The notes under the pieces are model-generated. The model ran no database searches and had not been told where the DNA came from. It saw nothing but the letters and a program-made list of their open reading frames with translations. A DNA stretch of 64,000 nucleotides from Candidatus Parcubacteria bacterium (GTDB taxonomy: Bacteria; Patescibacteriota; Minisyncoccia; Phycocordibacterales; PALSA-1337): contig JBDLTF010000002.1 in the NCBI GenBank assembly GCA_039799225.1, forward strand, positions 36,552 through 100,551, in the 5' to 3' direction. Positions within the stretch are counted from its first letter, which is position 1. Each line of letters starts with the position of its first letter. A program made the position numbers and the translations under genes. Of the stretch, positions 1-9,315 are shown piece by piece.

Positions 1-386
1 TCAGGATCATTGGTTTCTCGAAAGCAGAAATAAAATGGTTCCAAATTTGCCTCTTCCTTCAATTTATCTCGTTCAGTTTTATTCTGAGTATGATAGAGTT
101 TTTGAGCACTTCCACTCTCTCCACTCTCGATAACACCATCAACATAAAAATGTGTACTGTTATGTTTTTTAAAATTATGAATACGCAGATGTGTTTCGTT
201 TTTCTTGTCCTCAAAAATCTGCTTCTGAGCTTGACCTAGATACTTCTCAACAAAATCGTAGAAATTTAAACTTCCAGAAATTTTATCAGAGAGTCTAAGA
301 TGTTTGGGTTCCTCACCATTTTTTTTGGATCGTTTCTTCTCAAGCACTGAGAGAGTATAGAGGGCTACTGAATATGTCTTTGCCAT
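1..386 (-). CDS. hypothetical protein, 3' end runs off the window (AT-rich)
   Basis: ATG at 386, frame open to the window edge: MAKTYSVALYTLSVLEKKRS...GVIESGESGS...EANLEPFYFCFRE; absent from the ORF track because it has no stop in the window. Confidence 0.7.
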   Translation of the reverse strand, partial: MAKTYSVALYTLSVLEKKRSKKNGEEPKHLRLSDKISGSLNFYDFVEKYLGQAQKQIFEDKKNETHLRIHNFKKHNSTHFYVDGVIESGESGSAQKLYHTQNKTERDKLKEEANLEPFYFCFRETNDP

Positions 387-520
387 AGAATTTAGGAAAG
401 CATTTAATGCAACGCTTTACTTATCAGGCATTCTATTGCTTTTTGAAGAAATAGCAAGCTCCTATAACTCCATGCAAACAAGCGCAATTTATAAATATTG
501 CGCTTGTTCTTAGATTGAAA

Positions 521-1087
521 CTACCTCCCCTTCACATCCATCACAACCCTATACATACCAAACGAAGGCATGCTCGTCGACATCGGGTACGGCTGAACTT
601 CTTTGAGAGTGAAAATGAGGGTGTCGGTCGTGATTGTCTCACCGATACTGATGGTCTGAGACATGGCTCCAGCGGGACTTGAGACATCGAAGACGACGAG
701 TGCCCTGCCTGCCTGGATACAGACGACATCGCTCGGACAGCGGCTATCTTCGACTATGCTTCGAGCCTTGATAGTAGTGTCACCAATAACCTTAGGTTCA
801 TCGAGAGCAACAGTGAACTCTTCATAGAGTGAGATGCCTCCACCACCAGCGGCAGGAGACGGACAGACGAACTCGCAGTGAGGACCAGAGCGACCGACAT
901 AGGTGCCGTCAGGACACATCATGGCGTCCATGGTACATGCGACGACATCATCAGAACCAGTACCATCATTCACGACAGGCTCAGGCTCTTGGCGCGGAGG
1001 CACCGGGATGGAATCACGGAACATGTAGGCGATACTGAGGATAAACACGAGGAAAACGAGCATGAATATTTGTTTGGTTGTAGACAT
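521..1087 (-). CDS. membrane-anchored/secreted Cys-motif protein
   Basis: N-terminal TM helix, CTMDAMMCPDGTYVGRSGPHCEFVCP motif and DSRCPSDVVCIQAG motif; TGaTATAAT lies just upstream, favouring the ATG at 1087 over 1096. Confidence 0.7.
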   Translation of the reverse strand: MSTTKQIFMLVFLVFILSIAYMFRDSIPVPPRQEPEPVVNDGTGSDDVVACTMDAMMCPDGTYVGRSGPHCEFVCPSPAAGGGGISLYEEFTVALDEPKVIGDTTIKARSIVEDSRCPSDVVCIQAGRALVVFDVSSPAGAMSQTISIGETITTDTLIFTLKEVQPYPMSTSMPSFGMYRVVMDVKGR

Positions 1088-1151
1088 GATAGACATATTA
1101 TATCAGATATGACGATTTGAAGGCTCTATATCTTACACGATAGAATAAATA

Positions 1152-1181
1152 TTGACTTTAACCATATAAATGTGATATAAT
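1152..1181 (+). promoter_or_regulatory. sigma70 promoter of ORFan 1307
   Basis: TTGACT-N18-TATAAT with TG extension. Confidence 0.7.
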
Positions 1182-1306
1182 ACGCGACAGGCAGACCTTT
1201 GATATTGGTGGCGATTCACTACAGAAATCGACTCCCTATTTGCAAAAGAGATAGGAAGTCGCACCTGTAGTGAACAACGAATACACCAACACAAAAGCAA
1301 AGATGC

Positions 1307-1828
1307 ATGAAAAAATACATCGTCTCATGTCCACCTATCACACGCGAAGATATCATTGCAGCAGCGTTCGACAGTCGTGAGTTCTATCTCGAAACACGAG
1401 AGGGTTTGCGATTCGTCTTCATGGCAGGCTCATTCAGAGTGTTCCATGATAAAGTGTCCTATGTCTACCGTATGAACGGAAAAACCCTCCAGGAGGGTTC
1501 CCGTCCCGGAGTCGAGCCGTCTGACTGTTCCCTGTTAATCAAAGAAAGCGGCTCTGGTGAACTAGATATCCCGAAACCTGAAACCAACACCATCGAACAA
1601 TTGATGGCCATGAGCAACAGTCAGCTGCAAAAAATCATCACGGATTCTCGTAAGTTTGGCATAGTGACCAATCGAGATCTCCAGAAAAAAATGGCTGAAC
1701 TACCCATGCATGAAGCACTGGTACTGGAAGCCCGAGCGACGTGCAAAATGTCAGAAATTCCAATGTTCACCGAACTTGATTTCTCCTTTTTCTCCGCTAC
1801 AAGAAAGAGAAACCTGCATCGTGTATAG
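1307..1828 (+). CDS. hypothetical protein (stand-alone ORFan cassette)
   Basis: 173-aa ORF with its own promoter and terminator; no recognisable motif. Confidence 0.65.
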   Translation: MKKYIVSCPPITREDIIAAAFDSREFYLETREGLRFVFMAGSFRVFHDKVSYVYRMNGKTLQEGSRPGVEPSDCSLLIKESGSGELDIPKPETNTIEQLMAMSNSQLQKIITDSRKFGIVTNRDLQKKMAELPMHEALVLEARATCKMSEIPMFTELDFSFFSATRKRNLHRV

Positions 1829-1834
1829 TTTCAC

Positions 1835-1868
1835 TGACCGTGCTCCTTCTTGGGACACGGTCATTTTT
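1835..1868 (+). terminator. intrinsic terminator
   Basis: TGACCGTG...CACGGTCA stem followed by TTTTT. Confidence 0.7.
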
Positions 1869-1897
1869 ATATATAAACTCTACTTAATAGTTTCCTG

Positions 1898-4375
1898 TTA
1901 CAAACAAATCAAACTCGCCAACGCATCCCCTTCTCTGAGCTTCATGACACGAACACCCTGAGTAGCGCGTGACAACTTCGGAATTTCCTTGAGATCGACG
2001 CGGATGACCTGAGACTTCTTGGACATAGCTACAATCTCCTCATCATCATCGGTAACAACCTTCGCAGAGATGAGCGGACCAGTCTTGGTGGTGACATTCA
2101 TAGTGAGGATACCGGAACCACCACGATTCTGGACTTTGTACTCAGAGAGAGAAGTCTTCTTACCATATCCATTGGCACCCATCACGAAGAGAGCCGGATT
2201 CTTGGCATCAGGAGAAATAACATCAGCAGAGATGACGTGATCATTCTTATCTATCTTGATTGCGCGAACACCAGCGGCGTTGCGACCCATCTCACGAATA
2301 TCTTCACTCTCGAAATGAATAGACTGACCTTCCTTGGTAGCCATCATGACCGTGTCCTTCTTAGAAATAAATGATGCAGAGATGAGCTCGTCACCTGATT
2401 CAAGGGTGATAGCGATGAGACCCGAGCGACGAACATCCTTGAATTGGGATGCGGCCGTCTTCTTGCCCGTGCCACCCTTGGTAACCATCATGAGCGAGAG
2501 TCCCTCGGCTTCCTTCTTGTTCTTAGGAACTGCGAGAATCGAAGTCACCTTCTCATTCTCAGCGAGAGAAATGAAGTTCATGATCGACTTACCACGAGTT
2601 GCGCGCTTACCTTCGGGAATGTCATACATCTTGATCTGATATGCCTTACCCTTGTCAGTGAAGAACAAGAGTTCGTTGTGTGTCGTAGCAAACACGAGGT
2701 GCGTAATGAAATCCTCTTCCTTTGTATCGAGGTCAACAACTCCCACACCACCGCGCTTCTGCTTGCGATACTCGTCAGGATTGGTGCGCTTGATATAGCC
2801 ACCCTTGGTGAGGACGAGCACAGACTCTTCATCAGCGATGAGATCTTCAGGATTGAATTCCTTCACGCCATGCTTAACAATCTTGGTGCGGCGTTCATTG
2901 CCATACTTCGCCTTGATTTCGGTGAGCTCAGTCTTGATCATGCCACGAACTTTTTTCTCAGAGCTAAGAATACTCTTGAGCTCTTCGATGAGAGCCTGAA
3001 CTTCCTTGAGCTCGTCGAGAACCTTCTTGCGCTCGAGACCAGCGAGCTTCTGGAGACGCATATCGAGAATTGCCTGCGCCTGAACATCGCTAAACTTGAA
3101 CTTCTTCATGAGGCCCGCCTTGGCATCAGCGACATCCTTGGACGCGCGAATGAGCGTGATGATTTCATCGATGTGATCGAGTGCCTTCTTGAGACCGAGC
3201 AAGATGTGCTCACGATCTTCAGCACGGCGAAGGTCGAAGGCTGTGCGTCTGCGGATGACTTCGATGCGGTGTGCAACGAATTCCTGGAGGATGGACTTGA
3301 GCGACAGTGTCTGAGGCACGCCGTGGACCAAGGCCACCATGTTCATATGGAAAGTCTCTTCGAGCTGAGTATGCTTGTACAGAATGTTGAGGATCTTCTC
3401 AGGATACGCGCCATTCTTGAGATCGATAGCGATACGCATCTCCTTGTCAGACTCATCACGGAGCGCACGAACACCTTCGACAACTTTCTCGCGAACAAGG
3501 TCAGCGATGCGCATGATGAGCTCAGCCTTGTTCACACGATATGGGATGGAGCTGATGATGATCTGATACTGCCCCTTCTTGTCTTCAACAATCTCAGCCT
3601 CTCCACGCACGGTCATACCACCGCGACCGGTAGCGTATGCATGATGAATATCTTTCTCGCCATACAAGACTGCTCCTGTTGGGAAATCAGGACCCTTGAT
3701 GAACTGGAGAATATCTTCAGCGGTCGCATCTTTGTTGTCGACAAGATGAACGGTGGCATCCACGACCTCACCGAGGTTGTGTGGAGCAATGTTGGTAGCC
3801 ATACCGACAGCGATACCGAGCGTACCATTCAAGAGCAAGTTTGGAACTGCAGTCGGCAAAACTGTTGGCTCCTTGCGAGTACCATCATAGTTGGGACGGA
3901 AATCAACAGTCTCCTTATCTATATCGCGGAGCAATTCAGCGGCAACACGAGCCATCTTGGCCTCGGTATAACGCATAGCAGCGGCTGAGTCACCGTCGAC
4001 AGTACCGAAGTTACCCTGACCCTGAATGAGCGGATAGCGCATGGTGAAATCCTGCGCCATCTTCACCATGGAGTCATACACTGCAACGTCGCCGTGTGGG
4101 TGGTAGTTACCGAGCACATCTCCGACCACGACCGCTGATTTGCGGAACTTGGATTGGAAGGTCAACCCCTTCTCATGCATGGCATAGAGGATGCGGCGAT
4201 GCACCGGCTTGAGACCGTCACGAACATCAGGAAGCGCACGGTCAGTGATGACCGACATAGCGTAGTCGAGAAAAGACTCACGCATTTCTGTGGAGATGTT
4301 GCGAGCTACCACGCCAGCGCCTTCAGGTCGGATCGGTGCTTCTTCCGTTACGGATTTGTCAGTCTTTTTGGCCAT
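1898..4375 (-). CDS. gyrA: DNA gyrase subunit A
   Basis: [29 protein letters not shown] (catalytic Tyr), GyrA-box QKRGGVG, beta-pinwheel repeats; start moved to MAKK at 4375, 10 nt after TGcTATAAT. Confidence 0.97.
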   Translation of the reverse strand: MAKKTDKSVTEEAPIRPEGAGVVARNISTEMRESFLDYAMSVITDRALPDVRDGLKPVHRRILYAMHEKGLTFQSKFRKSAVVVGDVLGNYHPHGDVAVYDSMVKMAQDFTMRYPLIQGQGNFGTVDGDSAAAMRYTEAKMARVAAELLRDIDKETVDFRPNYDGTRKEPTVLPTAVPNLLLNGTLGIAVGMATNIAPHNLGEVVDATVHLVDNKDATAEDILQFIKGPDFPTGAVLYGEKDIHHAYATGRGGMTVRGEAEIVEDKKGQYQIIISSIPYRVNKAELIMRIADLVREKVVEGVRALRDESDKEMRIAIDLKNGAYPEKILNILYKHTQLEETFHMNMVALVHGVPQTLSLKSILQEFVAHRIEVIRRRTAFDLRRAEDREHILLGLKKALDHIDEIITLIRASKDVADAKAGLMKKFKFSDVQAQAILDMRLQKLAGLERKKVLDELKEVQALIEELKSILSSEKKVRGMIKTELTEIKAKYGNERRTKIVKHGVKEFNPEDLIADEESVLVLTKGGYIKRTNPDEYRKQKRGGVGVVDLDTKEEDFITHLVFATTHNELLFFTDKGKAYQIKMYDIPEGKRATRGKSIMNFISLAENEKVTSILAVPKNKKEAEGLSLMMVTKGGTGKKTAASQFKDVRRSGLIAITLESGDELISASFISKKDTVMMATKEGQSIHFESEDIREMGRNAAGVRAIKIDKNDHVISADVISPDAKNPALFVMGANGYGKKTSLSEYKVQNRGGSGILTMNVTTKTGPLISAKVVTDDDEEIVAMSKKSQVIRVDLKEIPKLSRATQGVRVMKLREGDALASLICL

Positions 4376-4484
4376 TTGAAGCTCAATTATAGCAAAAATG
4401 AGGTGTGGTGTCAGCTTGACATACGACCAACATTCATGCGAATGTTTTAGCAGTTTCACCCAAGAACCTTAACAATTGAATATC

Positions 4485-4949
4485 ATGAAAAAACTATATT
4501 GTTTGATGGGATGCTTAGCTCTCCTGCTAGCACTCTCATTCCTCGGCTGTGACAGTGGTACCCGTTCTGTTCCTGGTGGATATGTCGCCATAAAAAAGAG
4601 TGGTGCCGTCCTCATGTCGGGAGAATATTACCATCTCACCGATAATCCTCATCTCGTCCGCATCTCGGTAAATGTTCCCTTACAAGTGACTGTCACAAAT
4701 TCGTACAATCACCCGTCATGGAGTTCGACCTTGGTCGGAATAACGGTATACACCACCGAAAACTTCGTCGAGCAGGAAAAAATCTTGATGAACACGGGAT
4801 ATGTTGAGGACTTGCTCTACAAAAAAATGAAGCAAGAAAATTGGATGATGGTGCGGCGAGTTGAGCCTTATGGACAATCACCAAGATTCATCTTGGAACA
4901 AGGTAACGTGCCACCATCAATCAACCTCTCACAGCTCACAAGTAACTGA
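4485..4949 (+). CDS. hypothetical protein with lipoprotein-like signal (ORFan cassette)
   Basis: MKKLYCLMGCLALLLALSFLGC lipobox-like N-terminus; TTGACA at 4416; hairpin terminator downstream. Confidence 0.65.
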   Translation: MKKLYCLMGCLALLLALSFLGCDSGTRSVPGGYVAIKKSGAVLMSGEYYHLTDNPHLVRISVNVPLQVTVTNSYNHPSWSSTLVGITVYTTENFVEQEKILMNTGYVEDLLYKKMKQENWMMVRRVEPYGQSPRFILEQGNVPPSINLSQLTSN

Positions 4950-4961
4950 CCCTGATTTCAC

Positions 4962-4993
4962 CCGCGCCGCGACACACTGTCGGCGCGGTTTTT
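4962..4993 (+). repeat. 32-bp hairpin/terminator direct repeat, copy 1
   Basis: CCGCGCCGCGACACACTGTCGGCGCGGTTTTT, identical to 5577-5608. Confidence 0.95.
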
Positions 4994-5008
4994 ATTTGGT
5001 TCAATTCA

Positions 5009-5037
5009 TTGACCTCAATCTCAAAAAATGCTCTAAT
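5009..5037 (+). promoter_or_regulatory. sigma70 promoter of ORF 5061
   Basis: TTGACC-N17-TCTAAT with TG extension; AAGGA SD-like sequence before the ATG. Confidence 0.6.
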
Positions 5038-5060
5038 CATCGCCAGAGAAAGGAATAACC

Positions 5061-5558
5061 ATGCACCATTCAGACCTAGAGGACATCCTCAAGAAAGCAT
5101 CGGTGGTAGTTGCTCAAGCTTGCAAAATCAATCATCACGAAGGAAAGCAGGGTGGATACCTTTGCATCGCCACTTCGAGCGGCGTGATTGAAACCGTCAC
5201 ATTGATAGGTACAGTCCCTGAACCTGCAAAAGCGAAAAAGTACTTCGACTACTGCCAAGAGAAGGCCATTCGTCTCGCACACCATCGTGACCATAAGAGC
5301 AGTTGGGAAAGCAAAGATGCGGCGAGAGAATGTCGTGGCGGAGCCATCCGTTGCAAGGAAAATATTCTCTCGTTTGCAGGGCTTCCTGAGCACTGGGATG
5401 AAGCTGTCGTCCTTACTATCGGATACCTCGGACCCCACCGAATTATCTCCCATGCAGACCTCGAGAACATCTGTCGGATCAGCAGCGTCAACAACCACGT
5501 CCACAAACTCATCAGTGCTTGCGCTGATGAAACACTGAGACTGAGGAGGACTCATTAA
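5061..5558 (+). CDS. hypothetical protein, distant GlcG/HbpS-like fold possible
   Basis: EKAIRL and GGAIRCKENILSFAGLPEHWDEAVV resemble GlcG/HbpS (DUF336) C-terminal motifs. Confidence 0.55.
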   Translation: MHHSDLEDILKKASVVVAQACKINHHEGKQGGYLCIATSSGVIETVTLIGTVPEPAKAKKYFDYCQEKAIRLAHHRDHKSSWESKDAARECRGGAIRCKENILSFAGLPEHWDEAVVLTIGYLGPHRIISHADLENICRISSVNNHVHKLISACADETLRLRRTH

Positions 5559-5576
5559 ACACTCTTCTCAAGCACA

Positions 5577-5608
5577 CCGCGCCGCGACACACTGTCGGCG
5601 CGGTTTTT
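5577..5608 (+). repeat. 32-bp hairpin/terminator direct repeat, copy 2
   Basis: identical to 4962-4993. Confidence 0.95.
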
Positions 5609-5627
5609 TATATATTAAAATGCGAGA

Positions 5628-5924
5628 CTACTTCCCTGGAGAGACCTCCACCTCCGCATACTGAATCTTCTTTGAGCCGAAAACCATTTCTTTGATATCT
5701 ACGAAAAAGCTGCCAACGTTAGCGAGAAGAGACTGACTTGGAGTTCCTGCCTTCTCAACTGCGGAAGCGATAGCGGCAGAAGGTGCGGTACCTGTCAGCG
5801 AGAATGACGCTGCCCAAAACATGAATATAACAACTGTGATGCCAAAAGATGACCAGAATGCGATGCGCGAGCGCACATGTTCCGGCTTTGTACGCAAATG
5901 TTCGAGAGTAGTCTGGAGAGACAT
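5628..5924 (-). CDS. small single-TM hypothetical protein
   Basis: 98 aa with one TM helix; TATAAT 6 nt before the ATG. Confidence 0.75.
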   Translation of the reverse strand: MSLQTTLEHLRTKPEHVRSRIAFWSSFGITVVIFMFWAASFSLTGTAPSAAIASAVEKAGTPSQSLLANVGSFFVDIKEMVFGSKKIQYAEVEVSPGK

Positions 5925-5936
5925 ACTCTTATTATA

Positions 5937-6569
5937 CTACTCCCTCTCCAAAACAACCACATCCGCTTCTTTACCTTCGAGATCCTTCTTCTTGAGAGTG
6001 AGCTTCGGCTCAGGCTTTGGGTTCTCCCCTGCTTCCTTGAGGAATTTCTTGAGTGCATCCTTGTCACCCATATCGCCATAATTTACCGGAATAACAATCT
6101 TGGGACCCATGGAGACTGCGAGCTTGTATGCCTGAGCCGCATCGAGTACACCGTCGCCACTAATAGGAACAAAAAGAATATCTACTTCATCGATATTTTC
6201 ATCAGCTTCTTTGGGAAGCTCTGCTGAGCTAATACCACCGAGGAAACAAATGTTCATACCCTCGAGTGACACTGTATATATAGTATTGATGCGCTTCTCA
6301 CCACCATAGTTTGATTCAGAAGCAAATCCTTTGATGAAAACTCCTTTGACCTCATATTCTCCAGGACCGGAAATAGCAAAAGGTTTCTTCTCACCAAAGA
6401 TTACTTGATCAACACCATTCATATCTTCATGGTTGACGCTGGTAAGTACGATGTCTGCGCCAAACTTACCCGCTTTGAGCTTGGAATCTTTTGAAACAGG
6501 ATTGAATGCGAGGACAGTGTCGCCAAATTGAACCTTTACGAATTGTCCGCCGAGGTAGGTAATAATCAT
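5937..6569 (-). CDS. MBL-fold metallo-hydrolase family protein (divergent metal motif)
   Basis: MIITYLGG, ADIVLTSVNHEDMN, GPGEYEVKGV, DILFVP, PKIVIP; start moved to 6569. Confidence 0.8.
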   Translation of the reverse strand: MIITYLGGQFVKVQFGDTVLAFNPVSKDSKLKAGKFGADIVLTSVNHEDMNGVDQVIFGEKKPFAISGPGEYEVKGVFIKGFASESNYGGEKRINTIYTVSLEGMNICFLGGISSAELPKEADENIDEVDILFVPISGDGVLDAAQAYKLAVSMGPKIVIPVNYGDMGDKDALKKFLKEAGENPKPEPKLTLKKKDLEGKEADVVVLERE

Positions 6570-6764
6570 AGGTAGGAGTAATTTAGCATAGGAAAAGATA
6601 AATAAAAAGAGCTTCACCTCCTACACCCTCCTCGACAAAACCGCAATTCTACGATACTATCGCTCTTGTAAGGCCTACCGCCTTTTTCGTGTCAGTTCTT
6701 AACAACTCGCGTTATCCCGAACTTTACTATTATTAATTTAAAAAACGGGGCGCGAGAATATATC

Positions 6765-7937
6765 ATGTTCAAAAAGAAAGTAATTGTAGAAGAGAAAGAG
6801 ACCGCAGTTGAGGCAGCCGACAAGGCCGCTAACGCCGCAAAGAAGCCGAAGGAGATGGAGCTCACCGACGCACAGAAAGCCAGCCTTATGGGTGGCCTTG
6901 TTCCGTCTATGAAGACCCCTCCTGCTGTCGGAGACCTCGTCGAAGGACCGGTCATCGCCATCGAGAAGTCGTCAGTATATATTGACCTCGCTCCATTCGG
7001 TACTGGTATTATTTACGGCCGTGAATTTATCATCGCCCGCGATGTGATCAAGAAGATCAACGTTGGTGACGTTATCGCAGCCAAGATCGTAGACAACACT
7101 CACAAGGAAGGTTACCTCGAGCTCTCCCTCAAGGAAGCTCGCCAGGCACTCATCTGGAGCGAAGCGGAGTCTGCTATCAAGGAGAAGAAGACTCTCGACC
7201 TCCTCGTCAAGGAAGCCAACAAGGGCGGACTTATGATCGAGTGGCAAGGTATCATCGGATTCCTCCCTGCTTCCCAGCTCAAGTCGGAACACTATCCGAA
7301 GGTTGCTGACGGAGACAAGGATAAGATTCTCGAAGAGCTCAAGAAGCTCGTCGGTACTCGCCTCCAGGTCGCTATCATCACTGCAGATCCGAAGGAAGGC
7401 AAGCTCATCTTCTCTGAGAAGGGTCAGGAGACCAAGGAGAAGGAGAAGGTTGTCAGTAAGTATGAGATCGGCGATGAGGTTGACGGATCAGTCACTGGTG
7501 TCGTCGACTTCGGTGTCTTCATCAAGCTCGAGGAAGGTCTCGAGGGACTCGTTCATATTTCAGAGATCGATTGGGGTCTCGTGGATGATCCTCGCAACTT
7601 CGTGAAGGTCGGACAGAAGATCAAGGCCAAGATCATTGAGATCAAGGACGGCAAGATTTCTCTCTCACTCAAGCAGATGAAGGCCAACCCATGGTCAGAG
7701 GCTGCTAAGAAGTACAAGAAGGATATGTCAGTCACTGGTGTCATCATCAAGTTCAACAAGCATGGTGCACTCGCCTCAATCGAGGAAGGAGTCGCTGGCT
7801 TGGTGCATGTCTCAGAGTTTGGTTCCGAGGAGAAGCTCCGCAAGGCGCTCGAGCTCGGCAAGACTTATCCGTTCAAGATAACCCTCTTCGATCCAAAGGA
7901 TCAGAAGATGGCACTCTCATTCTCAGGAACGAAATAA
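6765..7937 (+). CDS. rpsA: 30S ribosomal protein S1 (four S1 domains)
   Basis: repeated S1 motifs (GFLPASQL, FGVFIKL..GLEGLVHISEI, GVAGLVHVSE). Confidence 0.85.
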   Translation: MFKKKVIVEEKETAVEAADKAANAAKKPKEMELTDAQKASLMGGLVPSMKTPPAVGDLVEGPVIAIEKSSVYIDLAPFGTGIIYGREFIIARDVIKKINVGDVIAAKIVDNTHKEGYLELSLKEARQALIWSEAESAIKEKKTLDLLVKEANKGGLMIEWQGIIGFLPASQLKSEHYPKVADGDKDKILEELKKLVGTRLQVAIITADPKEGKLIFSEKGQETKEKEKVVSKYEIGDEVDGSVTGVVDFGVFIKLEEGLEGLVHISEIDWGLVDDPRNFVKVGQKIKAKIIEIKDGKISLSLKQMKANPWSEAAKKYKKDMSVTGVIIKFNKHGALASIEEGVAGLVHVSEFGSEEKLRKALELGKTYPFKITLFDPKDQKMALSFSGTK

Positions 7938-7942
7938 AAAAC

Positions 7943-7972
7943 AAAAAAACCGCTCATCTCGAGCGGTTTTTT
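7943..7972. terminator. bidirectional terminator between rpsA and pth
   Basis: AAAAAAACCGCTC-ATCTC-GAGCGGTTTTTT. Confidence 0.8.
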
Positions 7973-7985
7973 GTTATCCAAATCT

Positions 7986-8600
7986 CTACATCCCATTAAA
8001 CAACGTCATCGCCTTCTCCCTGCTCTCTTTGACGATTGTCTCCACTGCCTCAGCGACCCTCTTCGAAACCTTCTTGAGTTCCTTCATTTCCTCATCCTTG
8101 AATTTACCGAGAATGAATTTCTCAATTTTCTCATCACCATGCGGCGTCTTGGCATTGCCTTTTGCATTCTCGGGAGCGACACCAACACGGATGCGCACAA
8201 ATGCTTCTGTCTTGACCGCCTTGATGATGGACTCAACACCATTGTGACCACCTGAGCTTCGATTATATGAAATACGAATCTTACCGAGCGGAAGATTGAA
8301 GTCATCATAGATGACCACGAGATCATCTGCCGTCTTCATCTTGAGTTTCTTATTCGTCTTCACCTTCACGAGCGGACCGATAGCCTTGCCGGAATTGTTC
8401 ATGAAAGTATCTGGCGCGATGAATGTCGCCTTCTCTTTACCGATCTTCCCTACTGCAACCTGCGCGTTCAACTTTTTATTATATTCGAAATCATCACCAA
8501 ACTCCGCACGTACAGAATCAAGCACGATGCGTCCCGTGTTGTGACGCGTGTTCAGATATTCTTCTCCTGGATTTCCGAGTCCTGCAATAATGTATGACAT
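7986..8600 (-). CDS. pth: peptidyl-tRNA hydrolase
   Basis: GLGNPG..Y..TRHNTG, TFMNNSG, SSGGHNG, RIRVGV; start MSYII 6 nt after TATACT. Confidence 0.95.
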   Translation of the reverse strand: MSYIIAGLGNPGEEYLNTRHNTGRIVLDSVRAEFGDDFEYNKKLNAQVAVGKIGKEKATFIAPDTFMNNSGKAIGPLVKVKTNKKLKMKTADDLVVIYDDFNLPLGKIRISYNRSSGGHNGVESIIKAVKTEAFVRIRVGVAPENAKGNAKTPHGDEKIEKFILGKFKDEEMKELKKVSKRVAEAVETIVKESREKAMTLFNGM

Positions 8601-8706
8601 GGCAAAAGTATACGGGCGACGCGAGAAAGGTGCAAGCGCACAAAAAATATATCCGACACGCTTCAAACTCTTGTGTCAAATGATTCTCAGGAGTATAATA
8701 GGCTCC

Positions 8707-9300
8707 ATGCAGAATGATAACGACCTCAAACCCGAGCTAAATACGAAGCTATCGGGAACTATGAGTGCCCTCCGTGAATGGGTACAGGTTATCGTCATCG
8801 CTCTCATCGTCGCCCTCCCTATCCGCTTCTTCGTCGCCGAACCATTCATCGTGAATGGCGCATCGATGGATCCTACATTTTCCACCGGCCAATTCCTCGT
8901 CGTTGACCGCCTCACCTATCGTTTCGGAAATCCAGACCGTGGTGATGTTGTCGTCTTCGAATATCCCAATGATCCAACCGTCTACTACATCAAACGTATC
9001 ATCGGACTTCCCAACGAGACTGTTGCTATAAAAAAGGGCAAAGTCACCATCATCAATGAGTCACATCCTGAAGGAATTGAACTCGACGAGTCATATATCG
9101 ATGCGGCACATGCTTCTGTCGATACGCTCACCGTGACTCTCGGCAAGAATGAATACTTCGTCATGGGAGACAATCGTTCCCAGAGCTCAGACTCGCGCGT
9201 CTGGGGCCCACTCAACGAGAATTTCATCGTTGGTCGACCAATCGTGAGACTCTTGCCATTCGGCAGCATCAGCATCCTGCCGGGATCGTTGAATGATTAG
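8707..9300 (+). CDS. lepB: signal peptidase I
   Basis: GASMDPT (catalytic Ser), YIKRIIGLP (Lys), YFVMGDNRSQSSDSR; start 7 nt after TATAAT. Confidence 0.93.
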   Translation: MQNDNDLKPELNTKLSGTMSALREWVQVIVIALIVALPIRFFVAEPFIVNGASMDPTFSTGQFLVVDRLTYRFGNPDRGDVVVFEYPNDPTVYYIKRIIGLPNETVAIKKGKVTIINESHPEGIELDESYIDAAHASVDTLTVTLGKNEYFVMGDNRSQSSDSRVWGPLNENFIVGRPIVRLLPFGSISILPGSLND

Positions 9301-9315
9301 CGAAAAACTAAACCC

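Noticed and set aside
1241-1250. TGCAAAAGAG shared between the 1215-1274 hairpin loop and the tRNA-Cys anticodon arm
   Set aside because: Only 10 nt with no cloverleaf or T-arm around it; compatible with chance.
2444-3988. 514-aa ORF on the + strand
   Set aside because: Antisense shadow of gyrA caused by codon bias; no motifs. The same applies to the many shadow ORFs opposite rpsA, infB, dnaE, gpmI, nrdJ, aspS and copA.
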